NCBI RefSeq assembly: GCF_018350175.1
Contig: NC_058368.1
Location: 116,190,001 to 116,254,000, forward strand
Direction: 5' to 3'
Source of the DNA: Felis catus
Lineage: Eukaryota
Length of the DNA stretch: 64,000 bases
This document shows, piece by piece, positions 13,241-25,130 of the stretch. Each line of letters starts with the position of its first letter. Within the stretch, counting starts at the first letter, position 1. A model generated the notes under the pieces. That model did no database searches. It saw only the letters and a list, made by a program, of their open reading frames with translations, and had not been told where the DNA came from. The position numbers and the translations under genes were made by a program.

Positions 13241-14548
13241 AGAAATTTCCCAGAATAGGAAATAAAGAGCTTCCCAGACAAACAAAAGCTAAAGGAATTA
13301 ATCACCACTAAACAAGCCCTACAAGAAATGTTAAATGGAACTTTCAGTGGAAAGACTATAAGTAGAAGAAAAATAGGAAGCACAAAGCAGTAAAATTGGA
13401 TTTATCTATAAAAATCAGTCAGGTGGGGGCGACCAGGTGGCTCAGTTGACTGAGTGTCCGACTTTGGCTCAGGTCATGATCTCACAGTTCATGAGTTTCA
13501 GACCTGCATCGGGCTCGCTGTTGTCAGTGTGGAGCCCACTTTGGATCCTCTGTCCCCTCTCTCTCTGCACCTCCTCTGCTCACTCTCCCTCTCTCTCAAA
13601 AATAAATGCACACAAAAAAAGTCATGTGATTCACAAAATAAAAGAATGTAAAGTATGACACCATATACCTAAAAAATGGAAAGGAAAGAATGGGTTCAAA
13701 CTTAAGCAACCATCAACTTAATATACACTGCTACATGCATAAGACATTATATAGAAACCTAATGGTAACCACAAATCAAAAATCAGTAGAAGACACACAA
13801 AAATAAAGAGAAAGGAATCCAAGTATATCATTAAAGAAAGCCAGCAAACCATGAGAGAAGAGATCAAAGGAAGAAAGGCACAGAGAAGAAATACAAAAAC
13901 AACCATTAAGTAACAAAAGAGCAATAAGTACATATATGTCAATAACTTTGAATTTATATGGACGAAAATACTTCAATCAAAAGACATAGGGTGACGGAAT
14001 GGATAAAAAGGCAAGACCCATCTATATGCTGCCTACAAAAGATTCATTTCAGACCTAAAGACATATGCAGATTGAAGTGAAAAGAAAGCCAGGGTAGCAA
14101 TATTTACATTGGATAAAATAGATTTTAAAAGACCATAACAAGAGACAAAAAAACACTATATAATCATAAAGGGAACAATCCAACAAGAAGATATCACAAT
14201 TGTAGATATTTACATAATCTACACAGGAGCACCCAAATACATAAAATAGCTAATAACAAACATAAAGGAAGTAATCAATACCAATAAAAGTAGGAGACTT
14301 TAACACATTCTTTTCAAGTGCACAAGGAACAGTCTCAGGAAAAGATCACTTATTAGGTCACAAAACAAGTTTTAACAAATTCAAAAACACTGAAGTCATA
14401 CCATGGAATCTTTCTGATTATAACATTATGAAACTAGAAATCAATCTCAAGAAAAAAATCTGGAAAGAACACAAATACATGGAGGTTAAACAATATGCTA
14501 CTAAACAATGAATGGGTCAACCAAAAATTCAAAGAGGAAATAAAAAAC

Positions 14549-14930
14549 TCATCATCAGAGATATAAATAAATCAAAACCACAAAATGAGGTACAACCTCA
14601 CACCTGTCAGAATGGCTAAAAGTAAAACTCAAGAAACAACAGATGTTGGCAAGGATGTGGAGAAACGGAAACACTTTTGCACTGCTGGTGTAAATGCAAA
14701 CCGGTGAAGCCACTCTAAAAAACAGTATGGAGGTTCCTCAAAAAATTAAAAATAAAACTACCCTACAACCCAACAATGGCACTACTAGGTATTTATCCAA
14801 AGGATACAGAAATGCTGATTCAAAGGAGCACATGCACCCCAATGTTTATAGCAGTGCTATCAACAATAGTCAAATTACGGAAAAGGTCCAAATGTCCAAC
14901 AACTGAGGAATGGATAAAGATGATGTGGCG

Positions 14931-14970
<40 letters not shown>

Positions 14971-15452
14971 CATATATATATACATTCCATTGTGTATATA
15001 TATGTGTGTGTGTGTGTGTGTATACACACACACACACACATATATATACACAATGGAATATTACAAGGTGATCAAAAAAATGAGATCTTGCCATCTACAA
15101 CAACGTGGATGGAACTTGGGTGTGTTATGCTTAGCAAAATAAGTCAGAGAAAGACAAATACCATATGATTTCACTCATATGTGGAATTTAAGAAACAAAT
15201 AGAATAACACAGGGGAAGGGAAGGAAAAGTAAGATAAAAACAGAGAGGGAGGCAAACCCTAAGAGACTCTTAAAGACAGAGAACAAACTGAGGGTTGCTG
15301 GAGAGAAGGTAGGTGGGAGGGATGGGTAAATGGGTGCTGGGCATTAAGGAGGGCACTTATTGGGATGAACGCTGGCTGTTAAATGTAAGTGATGAATCAC
15401 TGGGTTCTACTCCTAAAACAAATACTACACTGTATGTGAACTAATTTGAACT
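14549..15452 (+). mobile_element. Younger 5'-truncated L1 (felid/carnivore type) nested in ORF2 of the 10386 element
   Basis: ORF2 C-terminal and 3'UTR motifs (ORF track 14776-15168, LLGIYPKD...TCTPMFIA); host ORF2 resumes near 16355 after a SINE cluster. Confidence 0.8.
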
Positions 15453-18400
15453 TACTTATTTTTAAAAATTTTTAAATTACTTTATTTATTTGGGGGGCAG
15501 GGGTAGAGAGAATCCCAAGCAGGCTCTACACTGTCAGCATGGAATCTGACACAAGGCTCAATCTCACTAACTATGAGAGCATGATCTGAGCCGAAATTAA
15601 GAGGTGGGCGCTCAACCGAATATGCCACTGAAGTGCCCCTTGTGTTTAATTTATTTATTTAAATTCAAGTTAGTTGGGGCATGTGGGTGGCCCAATCAGT
15701 TAACTGTCCGACTCTTGATTTCGGCTCAGATCAGGATCCCATGATCCCTCAGGTCATGGGATTGAGTCCCGCATCGAGATCCATGCTCAGGGTGGAGCCT
15801 GCTTAAGATTCTCTCTGCCTCTCCCTCTGCCCATCTCCCCTGCTCATACTCTCTCTCTAAAATAAAATTAAGGGGAGCCTGAGTGGCTCGTTTGGTTCAG
15901 TGTCTGACTTTGGCTCAGGTAATGATCTCATGGCTCTTGAGTTCAAGCCCTACATCAGGCTCTGTGCTGACAGCTCAGAGACTGGAGCCTGCTTCAGATT
16001 CTGTCTCCGTCTCTCTCTGCCCCTCCCCTTCTCATGCACTCTCTCTAATATAAATAAATATTTTTAAAAATTTTTTCACAAAATTTTTAAAAAATGAATA
16101 AAATAAAAATAAAATAAAAATTAATTAATAAAAAAAATACATGGTGGGTACCTGGGTGGCTTAGTCAGTTAAGTGTCAGACTTCAGCTCAGGTAATGATC
16201 TCACGATTCATGAGGTTGAGCCCTGCCAACAGTGTGGAACCTCCTCAGGATTCTATCTCTCCCTCTCTCTCTGCCCCTCCCCACCCTCAAAAAAAAAAAA
16301 AAAACTTTAAAAAATTATAATAATAAATCATAAAAAATCATAATAAAATAAATAAACTACATGGAAACAAATGAAAATGAAAGCACAAGGGTCCAAATCC
16401 TTGGGATGCAGTATAAGTCATTCTAAGAAAGAAATTTAGAGCAATACAGGCCTACTTCAAGAAGTAAAAAAAAATCGCAAATAAACAACCTAACCTTACA
16501 GCTAAAGGAACTAGAAAAGAACAAACAAAACCCAAAACCAGTAGAAGGAAGAAAATAATAAAGATTAACAGTAGAAATAAACAAAATAGAAACTAAAAAA
16601 CAATATAACAGATCAATGAAACCAGGAGCTGGTTCTTTGTTTTTGTTGTTCTTGTTGTTTGTTTTAAAGATTTTTTTTTTTTATCATTTTTAAGTAATCT
16701 CTACACCCAACATGGGGCTCGAACTCACAACCATGGGGTCAAGAGTCACAAGTTCCACCAACTAAGCCAAGAGCTGGTTCTTTAATAAACCTTTAACCAG
16801 ACTCATTAAAAAAAAAAAAAAAAAAAGAGAGCGAGAAAGAAGACCCAAAATCAGAAATCAAAGAAAACAAGTAACAACTGACTCTACATTAATACAAAAC
16901 ATTATAAGATAATATCACAAAAAATTATATGCCAACAAACTGGACAACCAAGAAGAAACTGATAAATTCCCAGAAACATATAACTTCCCAAAACAGAATC
17001 AGGAAGAAACAGAGAATCTGAACAGACCAGCAGTGACATTGAATCTGTAATCCAAAAACTCCCAACAAACAAAAGTCCATGACCAGACAGCTTCATATGT
17101 GAATTCTACCAAACATTTAAAGAAGAGTTAATATCTCTTTATTCCAAAAAATAGAAAAGGAAAACTTCCAAATTCATTCTATGAGGCCAGCATTACCCTG
17201 ATACCAAAACTAGATAGACACTGTGAAAAAAGAGAACTACAGGCCAATATCTCTCACGAACATTGATACAAAAATCCTCAACAAAATATTAGCAAAGTGA
17301 AACCAACAATTCATTTAAAAAAATCATTCATCCAGGCACCTGAGTGGCTCAGGTCATGATCTCACAGTTTGGTTCATCTGCTCTCCACACAGAGCCCATT
17401 TCAGATGCTCTGTCTCCCTCTCTCTGCCCCTCCCCCACCCGTTCTTGCGTGCTCTCTCTCTCTCTCTGTCTTTCTCAAAAAAAAATAAACATTAAAAAAA
17501 AAATCATTCACCATGATCAAGTGGGATTTATTCCCAGAATGCAATGATGGGTCAATATTCGCAAATCAATCAACATGACACATCACATCAACAACAAAGG
17601 AAAGGATAAGAACCATCATATCATTTTAACAGATGCAGAAAAAGCATTTGACCAAGTATAACATCCACTCACGATACAAACCCTCAAGATAAGTAGGTTT
17701 TGGAGGGAACATACCTCAGCATAATAAAGGCCATATGTGAAAAACCCACAGCCAACATCATACTCAGTAGTGAAAAATGGAGAGCTTTCCCCTAAAATCA
17801 GGAATAAGACTAAGATGTCTATTCTCACCATTTTTACTTAACACAGTATTGGAAGTTCAGTCATAGCAATCAGACAAGAAAAATGAATAAAAGGCATCGA
17901 AATTGGTAAGGAAGAAGCCAACGTTTCACCATTTGCAGATGATATGATACTATATACAGAAAACCCTCAAGACTCCACCAAAAAACTACTAGAACTGATA
18001 AATGACTTCAGTAAGGTCACAAGACACAAAATCAATATACACAAATCTGTTGGCATTTCTATACATTAATAATAAAGTAGCATAAAGGGAAATTAAGAAA
18101 ACAATCCCATTTATAATTACACAAAAAATAAAATACCTAAGAATAAACTTAACCAAGGAGATGAAAGATCTGTACTCTGAAACTATAAAATACTGACGAA
18201 AGAAACCAAAGACAACACAAACAAATGGAAAGATATTCCATGCTCAAGGACTGGAAAAACAATTACTGTTAAAATGTCCATACTACCCAGAGCAATCTAC
18301 ATATTTAATGAAATCCCTATCAAAATTCTAATGACATTTTTCACAGAAGTATAACAAACAATGCTAAAAGTTGCATGGAACCATGAAAGACCCCAAATAA

Positions 18401-18682
18401 CCAAAGCAATCTTGTGAAAGAACAAATGGAGGCGTCATGGTTCCTGATTTCAAATTATATTACAAAGCTATAGTAATCAAACAATACAGTACTAGCCTAA
18501 AAGCAGACATAGACCAATGAAACAAACCAGAGAGCTCAGAAATAAACCCACACAGGGGTGCCTGGATGATGGCTCAGTCCCTTATGCATCCAATTCTTGA
18601 TTTTTGCCTCAGGTCATGATCCCAGGGCTGTGAGATCAAATCCCACATTGGGCTCCAGGTTGAACATGGAGTCTGCTTGGGA

Positions 18683-18725
<43 letters not shown>

Positions 18726-21149
18726 CCTCCCTCCCTCCCTGTCCTCCACTCACACACTTGTGCACACTCTCTTTCTAAAAGATTTAAATAAATAAATAAC
18801 CTGCTGATATCCTGAGGGCATGACCTTAAAAAAAAAAAAAGAAACAGACCCACACATAGATGATCAATTAATTTATAACAAGGCAATCAAGAATATACAA
18901 TAAGGGGGGTGCCTGGGTGGTTCAGTCAGTTAAGCGTCCAACTCTAGCTTTTGGCTCAGTTCATGATCTCAAGGTTCATGAGTGTGAGTCCCGCATCAGG
19001 CTCTATGCTAAGTGTGGAGCCTACTTGGGATTCTTTCTCTCCGTCTCTCTCTGTTCCTCCCCCACTTGTGCTCTCTCTCTCTCTCTCTCTAAATAAACAA
19101 TAAAATAAAATTTAAAAAAGAATATACAATGAAGAAATGACACGCTCTTCCATAAACGGTGTTGGGAAAGCCAGACAGTCACATGCAAAAGAATGACATT
19201 GGAACATTATCTTACAGCACACAAAAATCAATTAGAAATGTATTAATGATTTGACATTAAGACCTGAACCATAAAACAACCAGAAGAGAACTTAGAAAAA
19301 CTTTCCCTTTATATAGGTTTTGGTGATTTCTTGGATTTGACAGCAAAAGGCAAAGGCAAAAAAAAAAGCAAAATCAAGTACATCAAACTAAAAGCCTTCT
19401 ACGTAGCAAAGGAAACAAAATGAAAGGCAACCTGTGAACTGGGAGAAAATATTTACAAATCATATATATGATAAGGCACTCACATCCAAAATACATATAA
19501 AAATGAATTCTTAAAACTTAATTAACAAATCTCATTTAACAATGGACAGAAGATCTACATAGACATTTTTCCAAAGAAGACAGATGGCCAACACATACAT
19601 GAAAAGGTATTCAACATCACTAACCATGAGGGAAATGCAAATCAAACCACAATGAGAATATCACTTCAAATCTATGAGAAATAACAAGCGATGACAAGGA
19701 CAAGGAGAAAAGGGAAGACTTGCGCACTATAGGTGGGAATATAAATTGTTGCAAACACTATGAAAAAGAGTATGTTCCTCAAAAAATAAAAAATAGAACT
19801 ACCATACGATCCAGCAATTCCACTTCTGGGTATCTGTTGAAAGGAAATGAAAACACCACTTTGAAAAGATATATGCACTCCCTTGTTCACTGTAGCATTA
19901 TTCACAATAGCCAAGACATGGAAGAAACCTAAGAGGCCGTCGATGGATGGATAAAGAAAATGTGGTATATACAAAAAAAGAAGCAAATCTTGCCACTTGA
20001 GATAACATGGATGGACCCTGAAGATTTTATGCTAAGTGAAATAAGTCAGACAGAGAAAGGCAAATACTGATGATCTCACATATATGTGACATGTAAAAAA
20101 AAAACAAAGTCACAGATTTATAAAACAGACTGACAGTTGCCAATGGCCAGGGTTGGGCAAAATGGATGAAGATGATCAAAAGGTATAAACATCCACTTAA
20201 AAAATAAATAAGTCAACATATAAAGTACAGCATGCTGATTATAGTGAACTCTATTGTATATTTGAAAGTTGCTAAAAGAGAAAATCTTAAAAGTTCTCAT
20301 CACAAGAAAAAAAATTTGTTACCACGTGTGCTGATGGATTTTAAGTGGACATACTATGATCATTTCACACTATACAAAATATTGACTCATTATGCTGTAG
20401 ACCTAAAATTAATGATATGTCAATTATACCTCAAAAAAATAAATACCAATTTGGGCACTTACAAAAAAACTTTTTATATAGAAGCAGATTTATACATAAT
20501 AGACCTAAATTTCAATAAATATATATATATATACACAGATAGATATCACCAGACACACAAATAAATAGGAAAATATGACCCATTGTCTGGAGGAAATTCA
20601 GTTAATAGAAACAGACTCAGAAAGGAGAGAAAGAAAGCAATTAGCAGATAGAAAAAAAAGTTTTTAAATTTTTTTTAATGTTTATTTTTGAGAGAGTCAG
20701 AGCGCAAGCAGGGGAGACACAGAATCTGAATGAAGCAGGTTCCAGGCTCTGAGCTGTCAGCACAGAGCCCAATGTGGGGCTCAAACTCATGAACCATGAG
20801 ATTATGACCAGAGCTGAAGTCGGACGTTTAACCAACTGAGCCACCCAAGCACCACTTGCAGATAGAAAATTTTAAAATATTATATAATGTGATTAAGAAA
20901 TAATGGAAGACATGAACTTAACAATAGAGAAATTAATATAAAAAAGAGGCAAGGGGTGCCTGGGTGGCTCAGTCGGTTAAGCAACTGACTCGATTTCAGC
21001 TCAGGTCATGATCTCATAGTTAGTAGGTTCGAGTACAGCTAACACTGACAGTGCAGAGCCTGTTTGGGATTCTACCTCTTCCTCTCTTTCTCCCTCACTC
21101 ATTCATATATATATAAATATACATAAGTGTAAATATACATATACATACG

Positions 21150-21183
<34 letters not shown>

Positions 21184-21429
21184 AACACATGCACATACAC
21201 TCTCTCAAAATAAATAAGTAAACTTAGAAAAGGAAAAAAAAAGAGGCATGTGCTACTTCTGATGATGAAAAACACCATACTTACACCAACAAAATCACTG
21301 GTCAGGCTTTAGAGCAAATTAGACACTGTAAAAAAAAAAAATCAATAAACTCAAAGATACTGAAATCAACAGACCTACCAAAATGAAGCAGTGTGGGATG
21401 GGGGGTGGCAGGGAAATTGAGCTAGTGAA

Positions 21430-21880
21430 CTATCAAGCCATGAAGACAAATGGAAGAAACTTAAATGCATACTGCTAAGGGAAAAAAAAAAGTCATTCTG
21501 AAAAGACTACATACCGTATGATTCCAACTATATAACATTCTGGAAAAGTTATAGAGAACATTTTAAAAGATCAGTGGTCATCAGGGTACGAGAAAGGAAA
21601 GAAGGATGAATAGGTGGAACACAGGAGATTTGGGGGGACTATGAAATGATTTTGTACGATAGTGTAATGGCAAATACAAGATATTATACATTTGCCAAAA
21701 CCCACGGAACTGTACAAAACAGTGAATCTTAATGTAAACTATGGATCTTAATCATAATGTATTCCTTCATTTGTAACAAATGCACCACACAAATGTAAGA
21801 TGTTAACAAAAACGGGGGTGGAGAGAGGGTATATGAGAGCTCTCTGTACTTTCTATAAACCTGAAACTACTCGAAAAAAT
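21430..21880 (+). mobile_element. Old L1 (L1MC-like) 3' fragment
   Basis: aaagactacataccgtatgattccaactatataacattctggaaaag...aatgtaaactatgga. Confidence 0.7.
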
Positions 21881-23479
21881 CATTGGCTCTTTCAGGTTGT
21901 CTCCGTCCTGTCCCCATTTTTTCATTTGTTTGTTTTTTAAATTAAACACCACCCCTCCCTGTCCTTTTCTCTTCCAGTGTCAATATTACAAGCATTATGC
22001 AAGGTTCTCCACTAAGCTATCTCTACCCAAGTCCTTCCAAGAACCCCTTTATGATCAAGGTTTTAATTTGGCTAATGAACTGCAAAATAATATCACTCCT
22101 TATCACTTGCACTATGTCTGCATCATCTGTCATTTCTACCTGTATGTTCCCCCAATTCAACCACAGCTATCAATGATTATCACCACTTGCCCACTCACCT
22201 AGTCCCAAACTTGCAAGTATTCTCCTTGTACCCTATATATTCCCCATTTATGACTAAGACTCGTCATTTTCTTTCAAACTGACCCTTTTCCTCTCCCTTC
22301 CACTTGTGCCACCTTCTGAACTTATTACATTCCTGAATTACTTCAATAGCTTCTTTCTGCATTCCATGTTAAACTCTCCTCAATTTATCCTACATATATT
22401 ACCAACAGTTTTCATGTGGCTAGCCCTCAATTATTGGTCACTGGAAAGACTGTTGTGGATGATTTTAACAGACACTATTGACTGGCTACCCAATATCCAT
22501 TCTTCTTTGTTGAGAGGGCTCCAATTTTGTTTGGGGACCTCCACTTTCCCAAGTGACTCAGGGAAGTGAATCCTGGGATGAATCTTGATTGGTCTTACCC
22601 AATCACAGTAGTCCCATCCCCCAAGATTTAAGCCCAAGCATGTGGTTCAGTTCGGGTCATGAAATGTGAGAGGTGGCCCTCTGAAGACTTGAGAAAGATT
22701 TCTTTGCTCCTACAAATATGACACAGGAAAAACATGGTACTTTCTCACAGTGCCTGGATGGCTCAGTCAGTTAAGCGTCTGACTCTTGGTTTCGGCTCAG
22801 GTCATGATTTCACGGTTTGTGAGTTCAAGCCCTACATCGGGCTCTGTACTAATAGCGTGGAGTCTGCTCGGGATTCTCTCTCCCCGTCTCTCTCTGCCCC
22901 TCCCCTACTCTCTCTCTCTCTCAAAATAAGTAAATAAACTTAAAAAGAAAAAGAAAAAAAACACAGTACTAACTCTACATGTTGTCACATTTGAATTAAA
23001 TCCTTGGAACTCCTACAGCCAACCTGAAGATAAAGCCGGCAAGCATAAAGGGGGCAGAGGCAACAGTACTTGAAGAAGTGGAACTGAAGCCCAGATATAG
23101 TCCCTGAGGAGGCCTGATATACGCAACATCAATAAATCTCAGATGCATTATGCTTAATGAAAGAAACCACACAAAGTAGTACATATCATAATGATTCTAT
23201 ATATATATATTCCATATGCAGTTCTAAAACAGGAAATACTAATCTATACTGAGACAAGTCATATTATCAATTGCCTGGAGCAGAACTTCCAAGAAATGAT
23301 TTGTAAGAAGGAACTTTTTAGGGTGATGAAAATGTTCTGTATCATGACAGACGTGGTGATTACAGTTATCAAAATTCATTTACCTGTATCCTTAAAAATG
23401 AATGTATTTTAGTATATATAAGGTATATTTCAATAAAGTTTAAGAAAAATGGATAATTAGTACTATAGTATGCCAGATG

Positions 23480-25130
23480 ATTATAAATGCCATGAAGAAA
23501 AATAAAGTCAAAAAGAGAGAGTACAGGAGGCAAGAAGGTAGGGGTAGAAGTTATGTATATAATTTTAAACAGGGTGGTTATGACAGGCCTCAGTGCCTTT
23601 TTAATAAAGACCTAAAGGAAGACAAAGGTGTACAGGAGACATCTGGAAGAAAACATCTCCAGACAGAGAGACCAGCAACTGCAAAAGCCCTTGTCTTTTT
23701 CAGTGATAATGTGGAAAGCTATCTGAAGATTTTGACTACAGTGATTTTTTTTTTTAAGTTTATTTATTTTGAGAGAAGGAGGGGCAGAGCTAGGAAGAGA
23801 CAGAATCCCAAGCAGGCTCCACACTGTCAGTGCAGAGCCCAAGGCAGGGCTCGAACTCACAAACCGCAAGATCATGACCTGAGCCAAGATCAAGAGTGGA
23901 TGCTTAACTGAGCCATGCAGGTGCCCCTGACTTCTGTTTTGCAAGGATCACTCTGGGTGCTCTGTTGGGAAAAACTATAAAGTGGTAAGGATGCAAGCAG
24001 GGGAGCCCAGTTAGGAGGCAGCTGCAATAATCAAATGGTAGCTGAAATCAGGGAGGTGGTAAGCAGAAATGTTCAGATTCTGGATCAAATTTAAAGATAG
24101 TCTTTGCTAATGGACTGAAAGTAAGACTGAAAGAGAGGAGTCAAGGATAACTACAAGATTTGGAAGACATAGAAGGACTAGGGCACCTGGGTGGCTCAGT
24201 CAGTTGAGCATCCAACTCTTGATTTCAGTGCAGGTCATGATCCCAGCGTGGTGGGATCTAGCCCCATGTCAGGCTCTGGGCTGTGTGGAACCTGCTTGAG
24301 ATCCTCTCTCTCCCCACCCCTCTGCCATTCTCCCCCACTCAAGCTTTCTCTCGCAAAACAAAAAAACCAAAGAAGAGGAAATGGAAGGACAAAAAAGTCA
24401 TCCACTGAAATGAGGAAGACTGTAGGGAAGAACTGGTTTACCTGGAACAGTGAGAATTTTATTTTGGTCAAGTTAATCTTGAGAGGCCTATCGAATGGAG
24501 ATGTAAAGTAGGCAGGTGGATATACAAATGTGGAGTTCAGGGAAGAGGTCTAAGCTAAAGATAAAAACCTGGGAGTTGCCAGTATGTCAAAAGGCACTGT
24601 AAAGATATAAGCCTGGGGACACCTGAGTGGTTCAGTTGGTTAAGCATCCAACTTCGGCTCAGGTCATGATCTCATGGTTCACGAGTTCAAGCCCTGCATC
24701 AGGCTGCATGCTGACAGCTCGGAGCCTGGAGCTTGCTTTGGATTCTGTGTCTCCCTGTCTCTCTGCCCTTCCCCCACTCACACTATCTCTATCTCTCTCT
24801 CTTTCTCTCTCTCCAAAATCAATAAACATTAAAAAAAAAAAAAATCTTAAAGAGATAAGCCTGGATAAGATCACTAAGAGACTGAGTAAAGAAAAGAAAA
24901 AAAATTCCAAAGGCTGAGCCCAAGGTCAATCTAATACTTGGAAATGGGAAAGAAAAAGAAACAGTAAAGGAGACTGAGAAGGAGTGGCCAGTGAAATAAA
25001 AGGAAAACCAAGAGGTGATCTCCTAGAAGCCAAAGGAAGAAAATGGTTCAACCAGGAAAGACCAACTGGAATAAATGCTGATAGGTCAAATTAGATGAGG
25101 GCTGAGAATTCACTGGAATTATTAGAGAAT
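23480..25130 (-). mobile_element. Degenerate L2 element interrupted by three SINEs
   Basis: aaggatcactctgg, ccagttaggaggc..ctgcaataatc, gaggagtcaaggat, ggagttcagggaagaggtc motifs typical of L2. Confidence 0.55.

Larger units (their letters stand above)
10386..20445 (+). mobile_element. Near full-length, decayed L1 (5'UTR about 10386-11810, ORF1 about 11813-13350, ORF2 about 13920-19900, 3'UTR to about 20445) carrying many nested insertions
   Basis: GC-richer 5'UTR starting gggggacttcc...aaaatggc; ORF1p-like PNKTNPRRST-RH-II peptide (ORF track 12439-12630); EN CCLQ motif about 14030; RT motif FADDMILY at 17932-17955; L1 3'UTR ending caattatacctcaaaaaaa. Confidence 0.85.
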
